Positions 13,972-26,011 of a stretch of DNA of 64,000 nt are shown in pieces. A model generated the notes under the pieces. It worked only from the letters and a program-made list of their open reading frames with translations. It did no database searches and was not told where the DNA came from. The first letter of the stretch is position 1, and every line of letters begins with the position of its first letter. This DNA comes from Lama guanicoe (taxonomy: Eukaryota), in assembly GCA_013239625.1 (NCBI GenBank), contig MU054122.1:584773-648772 (forward strand). The letters are read 5' to 3'. The translations under genes and the position numbers were made by a program.

Positions 13972-14330
13972 TGTCTTAGTCCATTAAGGTGCTATAACAG
14001 AATACCACATTCTGGGTGACTTATAGAGAACAGAAGTTTATTTCTCCCCGTTCTAGAAGCTGGGAAGTCCAAGGTCAGCTCGCTGGCAGATTCAGTTTGT
14101 GAGGGCCTGCTTCCTGGGTCATAGCTGTCTAATCACTGTAACCTCAAATGGCGGAAGGAAGGAGGTAGGCTGCTCCTTGGGGTCTCTTATAAGGGTGCTA
14201 ATCCCATTCGTGAGAGCTGTGCCCTCATGACCTAAACACCTCCCAAAGACTCCACCTCCAGACACCATCACACTGGGGGTTAGAATTTCAATGTGGGTCT
14301 TGCTGGGAGATAAGCATTCCATCTATAGCA
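13972..14330 (-). mobile_element. MaLR solo LTR (MLT1A/B-like)
   Basis: TGTCTTAGTCCATT..CTATAGCA ends; degenerate 5-bp TSD ggatt/tgatt. Confidence 0.85.
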
Positions 14331-16076
14331 TGATTAAAGCATGCATTGCCATTTAATGCAATTTGATTCACCACTTGGAAAAATACTAAATTTTCCCTCT
14401 CTCATATTTTTTCCTCAGTACATATCTTGTGAAAAGCCAGACCTATTCTAGGTGTTTTCCAGTTATTTGTTTGATATTCACCATTGCTAAGAATTTACAT
14501 AAAGTACTGAATTTAAATTATCAGTAGGTGGTGCTGCTGAGATTGAATTCAGAAAAATCTACATGAGACGTTTAACTGAGGATTAGGATTCAGACAAGAT
14601 TATTTGGGCAGCAATGTTACAGAGCCGTCAACTTCTGATTTACTGTTTTTCATGACATCTGAAAAACACTGATTTTTTAGAATTTTGATTTACTTAATAT
14701 GTGGACTATTCTGGATTTGCCCAACAAAGGAGCAGCAATGGGTGTATCTCCCCAGAATCTGAAGGATGGGCATGTTACAGAACATACTCTTAATTTCTGA
14801 CATGCTATGCTGGTGGGTAACTGTTGCCTTGTTCTAATTTACTTTTTGAAATACAAGCAGTGAATCATAATGTGTATTAAGATTTTTTAAAGGATTCAAT
14901 GTTAATTTCCTGGAGGAGAGAATTACAAGCAATTTAACAAGTACCAGGCAATCCTTGTGGTCACACTGGTTTGGACAACAACTGACAATATGCAGCCTTC
15001 TTTTGGCTTAAGTTTCCTTATACACTTGGCCTGAGTTTTTACGAACAATCTGGGTCACGGTCACCTTTAAAAAGGTGAAGAAAGCTATGGATTGTCTCCC
15101 CAGGAAAATGCTCCCACCTAGAGTAGTACTCATAATTTCAGGTGCTTCAGAGAGACTTAGAGTGCATCTGCACAGCCTATCTTATGGACCTCCGCCCTGT
15201 AGAACCAGTTTAAACCTCAGCCCAGATACTAAGGCTCCCCCTCATCTTGGCCCCCCTCCAGTGACTGGCTCACCCCATCATTCCCATCATAGTCAGGAGC
15301 TGTGAAGGTAAATAGATTTCATAGATTATGTTCCTGAACACATGGAAAAATTAACATCAAAGAGCCTGAATGGTTTCCTTACAGCCTATGTGAGTTCTTC
15401 AAAGTACAGGATAGAGTCTATTGAAGAAGTAACCTAGGTAGGATTTCATAGTTTGCAGCTTCCAGAACAAAAAAATGGTAAAGGGGATTGTGTCGTCTGT
15501 CAAGCCACTTTCTTCTGTTCTCAAGACAGGCCTCTTATCTTGAGCATCATTTTAGGGCCATGGGGTACCACAATGAATGTTGTTCTGGCATCTCTGTGAT
15601 GAAGCATGGGGGCTGACATCAGCCCACTCCAGGCTTTTACCGAAACATCCGTTAGCATCACCAGGCCTGGATTCTACCAGCAGAGTTGTGAAGTCAAAGT
15701 TTTTATTATTGACATAATAGATTTGTCACTAGTGTGAATGAACTTATTAGCAGTCTGATACTGACTATAATATGTGATACGTTTAGAGTATTTTTATCAC
15801 TATAGAGGAATGTGATATAGGCTAATTTAAATGCCTTAAGTCAGATCCCAAAGAGATGTTAAAAATAGAAGTCATACCTGGGCCATTACCTCTGTGGTGG
15901 TGATTTAACCCAACTATATTTCGCTTTCTTCTGTATTTCTTACAGTGGTTAACTAGCTGTTTATGTGAAATTGGTTTATCCAAGCTTAAGTAATATAGGG
16001 GAAAAAAAGGCATCAGTCACATTAAGTGGCAAGACAGGTTTTAGAAACACATGCAGACAATTTTAAGATGTAAACA

Positions 16077-16550
16077 AACAGGAAGAAGAAGCTGTGGTAT
16101 ACTTACACAATGGAATAATAGTCAGCCATAAAAACCAACAACATAACGCCATTTGCAGCAACATGGATGTTCCTGGAGAATGTCATTCTAAGAGAAGCCA
16201 GAAAGAGAAAGAAAAATACCATATGAGATTGCTCATATGTGGAATCTAAAAAAAACCAAAACATAAATACAAAACAGAAACAGACTCATAGACATAGAGT
16301 ACAAACTTGTGGTTGCCAAGGGAGCGGGAGGTGCGAAGGAACAGACTGGGATTTAAAAATGTAGAAGTGATAAACAAGATTATACCGTATAACACAGGGA
16401 AATATTGACAAGATCTTACAGTAGCTCACAGCGAAAAAAAATGACAATGAATATATATATGTTCATGTATAACTGAAAAATTGTGCTCTACACTGGAATT
16501 TGACACAACATTGTAAAATGACTATAACGCAATAAAAAATGTTAAAAAAA
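16077..16550 (+). mobile_element. Young 5'-truncated L1 3' end
   Basis: L1 3' UTR, AATAAA and A-tail; perfect 12-bp TSD aagatgtaaaca (16065-16076 / 16551-16562) at a TTTT/AA site. Confidence 0.92.
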
Positions 16551-16686
16551 AAGATGTAAACATAGTTCTTTGTATGTATGAAATTTTATTTCTTTGATTC
16601 CCATTGTCTCATTTTAGCAATAGCCTAAAGTTGAAAATGGAATTCAGCAGATACTTGAGCACCAGTGGGTTCTCACAATGACTAAG

Positions 16687-17238
16687 TGGACAGAAAAATG
16701 TTGGCATAGCAGGCCTGACTGCATCTTTTGGAAGTCCTGTTTACAACGTTGGCCCTTGGCTGGCATTTGGGAATTTGGATTTGGGGAGGCTTCCCACTAT
16801 TTCCAGAACGGGTAAGAGTGACTCACTAGGCCTAAACTATTTGTACAAACGATGTGGTTTAATACTGAACAACTGCTTGCTTTCTGAGAGTGTGGAATTT
16901 GGGGGCATACCAGGTAAAGAGTTCCTACATGATAAGCCTCCAATACAAGCCCCAGGCACTAAGTCTAATGAGCTTTCTTGGTGCAACATTTCACACGCGT
17001 TGTCACAACTTGTTGCTGGGGGAATTAAACAGGTCCTGTGTGACTCTGGGCAGAGGACTCTAAGAAGCTTGTACCAGGTTTCCCCAGGACTTCCCCCCAC
17101 CTGCTTTTCCCCTTTGCTGGTTTTGCTTCAAGTCCTTTTGGTGTAGTAAATTACAGCCATGAGTACAGTATGCTGAGCCCTGTGAGTCATCCTAGTGAAT
17201 CATCAAACCTGTGGGTGGAATTGGGGTCCCTCCAACAC
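16687..17238 (+). mobile_element. MER68-like ERVL solo LTR
   Basis: catagcaggcctgact..gttggcccttggctggc..catttcacacgcgttgtcacaact..CAACACA follows the recalled MER68 consensus along its length. Confidence 0.8.
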
Positions 17239-18217
17239 AGCAGGATACTGTCACTGCCTTTAAGGAGGTCACAAATGTGTAAGGAAATAAAACGTGCATT
17301 TAAAACCACATGAGGTAGAATTTCATAGGGCATTAAGTACTGTAAGAAAAGAGAAGGGCTAATACTGCAACTGGAGAGTTAGATACAGGCTTGAGTCGTT
17401 TCCGTGTTTTGGAGCAAAATTTTTTCCTCAACTATTGAAGTAAGAATTGGTACACATAATTAAGGCATACCATTTTGTGAGTTTGGATGCGTGTATATAC
17501 CATCACCACAATCAAGATAATAAATAAATCCGTCACCTCCAAAAGTTTCCATGTGTCCCTTCTGTTTTTGTGGTAAGGACGCTTAACATGAGATTCACCC
17601 TCTTAACAAATTTTTAAGTGCACACTACTTTATTATTAACTATCAGCACAATGTTTTACAGTGAATCTCTGGAACTTACACATCTTGTATAACTGACTTT
17701 ATACCCATTAAACAACTCCCCATGTCTCCCTCCATCTCTTGGTAACCACCATTATATTGTCTACTTCTCTACATTTGACAATTTTCAATTTCTCATATAA
17801 GAGAAATCACACAGTATTTGTCCTTCTGTGACTGACTTATTTCACTTACCATGTCTTCTAGGTTGTTGGAAAGAGTAGGATTTCCTTTTTTAAAGCAGAA
17901 TAATAGTTCCATTATATGTATATACCACAATTTCCATGTCCATTTATTTGCTGGACATTTGGATTATTTTCGTTTCTTGGCTGCTGTGAATAAGGTTGCA
18001 GTGAATGTGAACATACAGATAGCTCTGTAAGATGATTTTGTTTCCTTTGGGTATATTTCCAGAAGTGAGATGGCTGGATCATATGGTATTTCTATTTCTA
18101 ATATTTTGAGAAAGCTTCACTATTTTCCATATCGGCTATACCATTTTACATTCCCACCAAAAGTATACAACACAGATTCCAGTTTCTCCATATCCATCCT
18201 CACCAACTCTTATCTTT

Positions 18218-18302
18218 CATATATATATATTATTATATATTATATAATATATATATATTATAATATAGTATAATATAATATATATATAATATATATATAA
18301 TA
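18218..18302. repeat. (TA)n-rich microsatellite
   Basis: Interrupted TA/TAA run. Confidence 0.9.
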
Positions 18303-18598
18303 GCCATCTCAACAGGTGTTACAGATTTTAGAGGAAAAAATTTTTTTTCACCGATGAGTATGATGTTAGCTGTGGGCTTTGCACATATGGCCTTTATTGT
18401 GTTGAGGTAAGTTCATTCTATACTTTTTTCTTCCTGAAAGTGTCATGAAATATTTTTGGACAAAGTGCTGTCAGTTTCTCTCTTCAGGTCTATGTATATT
18501 TTGCTTTATATATTTAAGTGCATATATCTTTACAATTGTTATATCTTCCTTTTGAATTTACTCCTTTATCATTATATAATAAACTTTGCCTCTAGTGA

Positions 18599-18787
18599 AC
18601 TTTTTTTAACTTTTTAAAAAATTGAAGTAGAGTCAGTTTACAATGTTGTGTCAATTTCTGGTGCACAGCACAATGCTTCAGTCATACATGAATATATGTA
18701 TATTCATTTTCATACTCTTTTTCTCCATAAGCTGAAAAGATATCGAATACAGTTCCCTGTGCTATATAGTATAAACTTATTTATCTA
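18599..18787 (-). mobile_element. Short young L1 3' end nested in an older L1
   Basis: T-tail plus L1 3' UTR; TSD tctagtga (18591-18598 / 18788-18795). Confidence 0.8.
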
Positions 18788-21700
18788 TCTAGTGAGTTTT
18801 TGACTTAAAGTCTGTTCTGTTGGATGTAAGTATAGTTACCTCTGCTCTTTTGATTATCATTTGCATGAAATACCTTTTTCCATCCCTTAATTTTCACCCT
18901 CTGTCCTTAAATCTAAAGTGAGGCTTTTATAGATTCATTTAGCCACTCTATATCTTTTTTGACTGACAATTTTGATCTATTTATATTTAAAGTGATTATT
19001 GATAGGTACGGACATACTGTTGCCTATTTATGAACTCTGTTTTGTAGTTCTTTTGTTCCTTCTTCTCTTGATGTTTTTCTTTGTGGTTTTATGATTTTTT
19101 GTGGTGGTATGTTTTGTCTTTTCTCTTTATTGTGTATCTACTATAAGTTTTTCTTTGTAGTTACCACAAGGCTTGCATTGGAACTCTTATAGTTAGAACA
19201 GTTTTTTTTTTTTTCAAGCTGTTAGCGACTTAACTTCAGTCACAAACAAAAGCTCTACACCTTTACCCTCTGGCACTTTATGAGCGTTTCTTTTCATATT
19301 GTGCATACATTACCATATTTCTGTGGTTATCATTATTCTTAATATTTTTGTCTTGCAACCTATATATTTGCATTAAAAGTGACTTACACACCACAGCTGA
19401 AATAGTACAGTATTTCTTTATGTATTTACAATATCATATTTTTAAACTGAAGTACAGTTGATGTATAATATTATATGTTACAGGTATATAATGTAGCAAT
19501 TCACAATTTTTTAAGGTTATACTCCATTTATAGTTATTACAAAATATTGGTTATATTCCCCATGTTGTACAATACATCCTTGTAGCTTATTTTATACCTG
19601 ATAGTTTATATCTCTTAATCCTCCACCTCGCCCCTCCCCCTTCCTTTCTCCCCACTGATAACCACTGGATCCTTCTTTACATCTGTGAGAAGGTTTCTTT
19701 TTTGTTGTATTCACTAGTTTGTTGTATTTTTTTAGTTTCCACATGTAAATGATATATTAAATATTTGTCTTTCTCTGTCTGACTTATTTCACTTAGCATA
19801 AGGCCCTCCTAGGTCATCCATGCTGTCACCAGAAGTTAATGCAGCATTTTAAATCAACTGTACTTCAATTAAAAAGCAAACAAACAACCTATTTAAAATG
19901 TGGGCAGAAGAATTGAACAGACATTTTTCTAAAAGGAAATGCAGATGGCCAACAGGAATAGGAAAAGTTGCTCAACATTACAAATATCAGGGAAATGCAA
20001 ATCAGAATCACAATGAGATTATCATCTCACATCTGTCAGAAGAGCCATCATCAAAAAGAATATAAGTAACAGATGGTGGCAAGGATGTGGAGGAAACAGA
20101 ACCCTTGTATACTGTTGGTGGGAATGTAAATGGGTGCAGCCACTATGGAAAGCAATATGGAGGTTTCTCAAAAACCTAAAAATAGAACCACCATATGGCC
20201 CAGCAATTCCACTATTGGGCATATATCTGAGAAAAACAAAAACATTAATTCAAAAAGATACATACACCTTACTATTAACAGCAACATTATTTATAATTGC
20301 CAAGATACGGAAGCATCCTAAGTGCACATCAATAGATGAATGGATAAAGAAGATGCAGCATATATATATAATGGAATACAACTCATCCATAAAAAAGGAT
20401 ATGCCATTTGCAGCCCTTCATTCACTTTTTAACTTCAAAAACCAGAATTTTATAACTGTCATAAACATTTCCTTTGCATCAAAAACAACAAAATACCTAT
20501 GAATAAACTTAACGGAGGATGTTACTTATACTCTGAAAATTATAAAACATTGACGAAGGAACTCTGAAGATGATACAAAGAAATGGAAAGATATCTTGTG
20601 CCCTTGGATTGGAAGACTCCACATTATCAAAATGGCCGTACTACTCTAAGCAATCTACAGATCCAACACAACCCTGTCAAAATACTCATGACATTTTTCA
20701 CAGAACTAGAACAAACAATTCCAAAATGTACATGGAATGACAAAAGGCCCTGAATTGCCAAAGCAATCTTTTGTAGGTTTTTTTTTAACCTCTTTCTTTT
20801 TGTGCTTTGACTAGAGAAGTTCCTTTAACTTTTGTTGTAAAGCTGGTTTGGTGGTGCTGAATTCTTTGGGCTTTTGTTTATCTGTGAAGCTTTTGATTTC
20901 TCCAGCAAATCTGAACTAGATCCTTGCTGGACAGAGTATTCTTGGTTGTAAGTTTTTCCTTTTCATCACATTTAATGTATCGTGCCACTCCTCTCTGGAC
21001 TGCAGAGTTTCTACTGAAAAACCAACTGATAACCTTCTGGGAGTTCCCTTGTATGTTATTTGTTGCTTTTCTCTTTCTGATTTTAATACTTTCTGCTTAT
21101 CTCTAATTTTGGTCAAGTTGATGACTGTGTGCCTTGGTGTGTTCCTCTTTGGACTGATCCTTTGTGGAACTCTCTGTACTTCCTGGACTTGGGTGACTAT
21201 TTTCTTTCCCAAGTTGGGGAAGTTTTTGGTTATCTCTTCAAAATTTTTCTCAGGCCTTTTCTTCTCTTTCTGGGACCCCTATAATGTAAACATTAGTGAT
21301 CTTCATGTTGTCCCAGAGTTCTCTTAAACTATCCTCATTTCTTTTGATTCTTTTTTCTTTTTTCTGTTCTGCAGTAATGATTTCTAATAATCTGTCTTCT
21401 AGGTAACTGATCTTCTACATCATTTAGTCTATTCTTGGTTCCTTCTAGTGTGTTATTTATTTCAGTAATTTTATTCTTCAGTAATGTTTAAGTATTCTTT
21501 ATATTTTCCAGTTCTGCTAAAAACTTCACTCAGTGCATTTGTACTTCTCTTGAGTTCTCTAAACATCTTCACCATCATTACTTTAAACTCTTTTCTCAAA
21601 TAAATTGCCAAAATAAATTGCCTATCTCCTTATCACTTTCTTTTTCTGGGATTTTATCTTGTGCCCGGGCCTGGGAGATATTCCTCTCCTGCCTCATATT

Positions 21701-24700
21701 GTCTGTCTTTCCATTTGTATTTTAAGGTAGGTTAGTTACATTTCTCGACCTTGGAGAGGTGGCCCTCTGTGGGAGACGTCCTATGTGTCCCAGCAGGACA
21801 CTCTCTTGTCACCCAAGGGTTGGGGTCCAGCCGGTCCCAGGGTAGAGTGGCCTGTGTTTGTGGATTCCTTCCAAAGGCTTTGAGATTGTTGTTTTCTTAT
21901 TTCTGGTATCTGCCCCCTGGTGGATGAGGCTGGACAAGAGGCTTGTGCAGTTTTCCTGGCAGGAGGAGTCGGTGCCTGCCCACTGCTGGGTGAAGCCTGG
22001 TCCTGGACCTCTGGTGGGTAGGGCCACGTCTAGAGGTGTTTGTGACTCAGGAAGTCTGCTGACGGGTGGGACTGTGTTCACACCCAGTATGTTGCTCGGC
22101 CTGAGGCTTCCCAGCCCTTAAACCTACAGCCTGCTGGGTGGGGCTAGGTGTTTGTGCCAATGATCCAATCAAGATGTCAGCTTCCAGGAAAGCTTATGTA
22201 GATGAACACTCCTGGAATGCCTGCCACCAGCTTTTATGTCCCCTCAGTGAGCCACTGCCTCTGCCCCTGGACCTGGCGTAGGTGAGATTCTGTGTATGCT
22301 TCCCAAGAGAGCGGAGTCTCTGTTTCCCCCAGCCCTGTGGGGATCTTGGATTTAAGCCCCACTGGCCTTCAAAACCAGATGTCCTGGGGTCTCCTCCTCC
22401 TCCAAATGCCAGAACCCCGGGCTGGGGAGCCCACCTTGAGGGTATGGGGCCTGATTTTATTGTGAGTGCACCCCTCCTACCATCCCGCTGTGGTTGCTTC
22501 TTTATGTTTCCAGTTGAAGAAGATCTTTTTTGCTAGGTTCCAGTCTTTTATTTTCAGTGGTGGTTTTGCAGTCAGTTGTGGTTTTGCTGTAGTCTCAAGG
22601 AGAGGTGAGCTCGTGGTCCTGCTGCTCCACTTCTTGACCAGAAAATCTAACCATTTGACTATTTGAAATAGTACAATATTCTGTATATATTTGCCTATAT
22701 ATCTCTACTGGTGAGATTTGTACTTTTATATGATTTTGTGTTGCAGTTTAACATCTACTCATTTCAACTTGAAGAATTCCCTTTAGCACTTCTTGTTAAG
22801 ACAGATCTTGTGGGGACAAACTCCTTTTGTTTTGTTTGTCTGGGAAAGTATCTTTCCTTAATTTTTGATGGACAGTTTTGCCAGGTCTAGTGTTCTTGGT
22901 TAGCAATTTTTTTTTTTCTTTCAGTACTTCAGATACATCATTACACTTTCTTCTGGCCCACAAGGTTTCGGATGCAAAATCTACTGTTAAACTTATGAGG
23001 ATTCTCTTGTATGTGTTGAGTCTTGTACTCTTGCTACTTACAAAATTCTGTTTTGTCTTTGACTTTTGACAGTTTAATTATGATGTGTTGTAATTACGAT
23101 GTGTCTTAGAGCAGACCTCTTTAGGATTCAACTTGCCTGCCTGTAGACTGTCATGATGTCTGTTTCCCACCCCAGATCTGGAAAATTTTTCAGCCATTAT
23201 TTCTTTATATAAACTTTCCATCCTTTTTTCCTCTCTTCTCCTCTGGAGCTTCCACATTGTTTCACTTTATATGTCCTACAGAGCTCGTGGCTTTTCTTCA
23301 CTCTTTAAAAAATTTTGTTTTTTCTGACCAGATAATTTCAAACGATGTCTTTCTGTTGACTCATTCTTTCTCTGCTTGATAGAGTCTGCTGTTGAAGCTC
23401 TTTCTTGAATTTTTCAGTGCAGTCTTTGTGTTACTCAGTTCTAGGATTTGAGGGGGAGGTTATGTTTTCTGTTTTTCTTTGTTGAATTTCTCATTTTCTC
23501 AGCTTTATTGAGGTATAGTTGGGATACAGTTTTTCCTAGTTTCATTGGGAAATAATACAACATTGTGTAAGTTTAAGGTATACAATATGATGATTTGATA
23601 CATGTATATATATTTTAAAATGAATGATTGCCACAATGAATTTGATTAGCACCTTCATCACCTCACATACTTACCATTTTTTGTTGTTGTGGTGGTAACA
23701 CCTAAGATCCACTTTCTTAGCAACCTTCAAGTATGTAGCACAGTATTGTTAACTATAGTCACCATGTGGTGCATTAGATCCCCAGAACTTATTCATCATC
23801 TGACTGGAAATTTGTACCCTTTGATCAGCATCTCCTCATTTTCCCCAACCCTCAGCCTGTGGAAACTACCATTCTAGACTGTATTCTATGAATTAGGCTT
23901 TTTTAGGTTCTATATACAAATGAGGACATATATTATTTCTCTTTCTCTGTCTGCCTTATTTCACTTGGCATAATGCTCTCAAGGTCCATCCACATTGTTG
24001 CAAAAGTCAGACTTTTCTTTTTTCATGGTTGAATAATATTCCATTGTATATCTGTATCGCGTATTCTTTATTCATTCACCTGTTGTTGGAGACACTTAGT
24101 TGGCTTCCATGTCTTGGCTGTTGTGGGTAATGCTGCAGGGAAAGCAGAAGGGCAAATATTTCTTTGAGACAGTGATTTCTTCTTTTTCTTTTTTTTGGAT
24201 ATATACACCCAGAAGTGGGCCTCCTAGGCAGTGCCCTGAATGCTGGGAAAGATACACACCTTTGTCTCTCTTTTCTCCACTAGAGACATCATGGGCCAAG
24301 AGGGATCCTTCTTGTTGCTGTGCTGTGCTGTGCTGGCCTGGGGGATGGCAATGCAAAATGAAACTGTTCTTCTTATCCTTTCTCATGTGCTTTTTCTCAG
24401 TTTTCACGCTCTGCCAGGGTACTGTAACCTCTTCACTGGGTTCCAGAATTCTCACAAAGGCGTTCTTGTCCATGGAGAGTTGCTAAATTGGTGTTTCTGT
24501 TGGGAGACTAGGGCTGGGGACTTCTCATTCCACCATCTTGCTGATGTCACACCTTGGGGGAAATCTAAAAGTATATTCTATTAAGACCTTGGAAGAGTAT
24601 TATATTTCTCTAGCTAAACCAGTTTATTGAGCTAGAGAATGTTGCTGCTTTTATTCAGGAAACTTAACCTGAACCTCTAGGTTGACCATGTGCCTCTCCT

Positions 24701-25871
24701 CTTTGCACCCATGATGACTTGAACATACATCTCTCATTGCACTTGTATTGAAATTACTTACAGCTATGTCTGTCTCTTCAACCAGGTAGTAAGCTTGTAA
24801 GGGCAGAGAGCATGTCTTGGTCATCTTTGTATCCCTTCATTAGCATAGTAGCCTAGAGAGTCCACTCAGTTCATTTGTGAATTCATTCCATCACTTACTC
24901 ATTCACTGAATAATGATTGAGTTAGTACTATGTACCAAGCATGTGGTATATAACAGAGATCAAAATTGGTTAAAATTTTGAGAGAGAAATGTGGTGGGTG
25001 ATAAGGCCTTGAAAATTCTGATAAAGCCTTGGGCTTTTACCTTAAATGAGATGGGAAGCCAGTGGGGCTCTTTTGATAGAGATGAGATAAGCTGATTTAT
25101 TTCATTAACTGTTTATCAGACTAAATGGGCCAAATGTACATAGCATAAGATGATGTATTAATCATGTACCTTAAAGTCTAAGTGGTAATTTAGATCAGAA
25201 GGTTCCCAAACCCACCATATCTTTAAAAATGTCCACTTAGAAACCGTGATCAAAACAAACCCAAACAAATCTACATCGTGCAGTGGAGTTAGGGAACACT
25301 ACATTTCGGCAAATCGCTTGGAGATTTGGTCAAGCTACGTTAACCAAAGTAACTGGATAATTGTCATTTCTGTGTACTTTGTGAGGATATGGGTATGTCC
25401 ACTAGCATTGTTTTCAAGTTATTTTATATTAAGTAAGGAACAGTTGGACAGCTGCCAAGTTATCGTCATGTACTTAACTGTGAAGAGTTGGGAAATTTGG
25501 GTTAAATCATTCTGATGAACTTTGGGTTGAAAATACATGTATTAATTAGGGCTACATCTACATTTAGATGGATTTTATTTCTTTGCTTAAATTTGTCACT
25601 TTGGAATACTGAAAGACCAACTAGATTATTGTAATCCCTTAAAAAATAAAACCTGAGCAATTGTAAAGAATGAAGTAATTTCCTGTTTTCTTTAAATTTC
25701 TGATTCTTAGCTCCCATTTATATACCACTGCACAATTTGTGTGATGATTATGTAGTGGAGTGGGAAGTTTTAATTTTCCCTCTCTTTCTTCCTTCCTTCC
25801 TTGCTTCCTTCCTTCATTCCTGTCTGAGATCTGGACAAATATAATAGAAAAACATATTACAAGAGAGCACC

Positions 25872-26011
25872 ATTTTTAAACTAAGTTATATTCAGTTTAC
25901 AATGTTGCATCAATTTCTGGTGTACAGAACAATTTTTCAATCATACATGAATATACATATATTCATTTTCATATTCTTTTCCACCGTGATCTTGTATATA
26001 TTTCCCCTTGT
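25872..26011 (-). mobile_element. Short young L1 3' end
   Basis: Same 3' UTR family as 18599; TSD gagcacc (25865-25871 / 26012-26018). Confidence 0.75.

Larger units (their letters stand above)
17430..24560 (-). mobile_element. Nested cluster of L1 fragments (mostly minus strand, plus-strand pieces at ~19830-20770)
   Basis: L1 ORF1p homology in ORF 20916-21212(-) (QEVQRVP..PRH..ITYKG..EWHD..LQPRIL); ORF2 C-terminal homology in 20134-20502(+) (QPLWK..W..L..L..PY.PAIPLLGIY); several 3' UTR ends. No intact ORFs. Confidence 0.9.

Noticed and set aside
20134..20502. 122-aa ORF (also 30404-30610)
   Set aside because: L1 ORF2 C-terminal remnants.
20916..21212. 98-aa ORF resembling a real protein
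   Set aside because: Fragment of decayed L1 ORF1p; flanking sequence is interrupted, so it is not a host gene.
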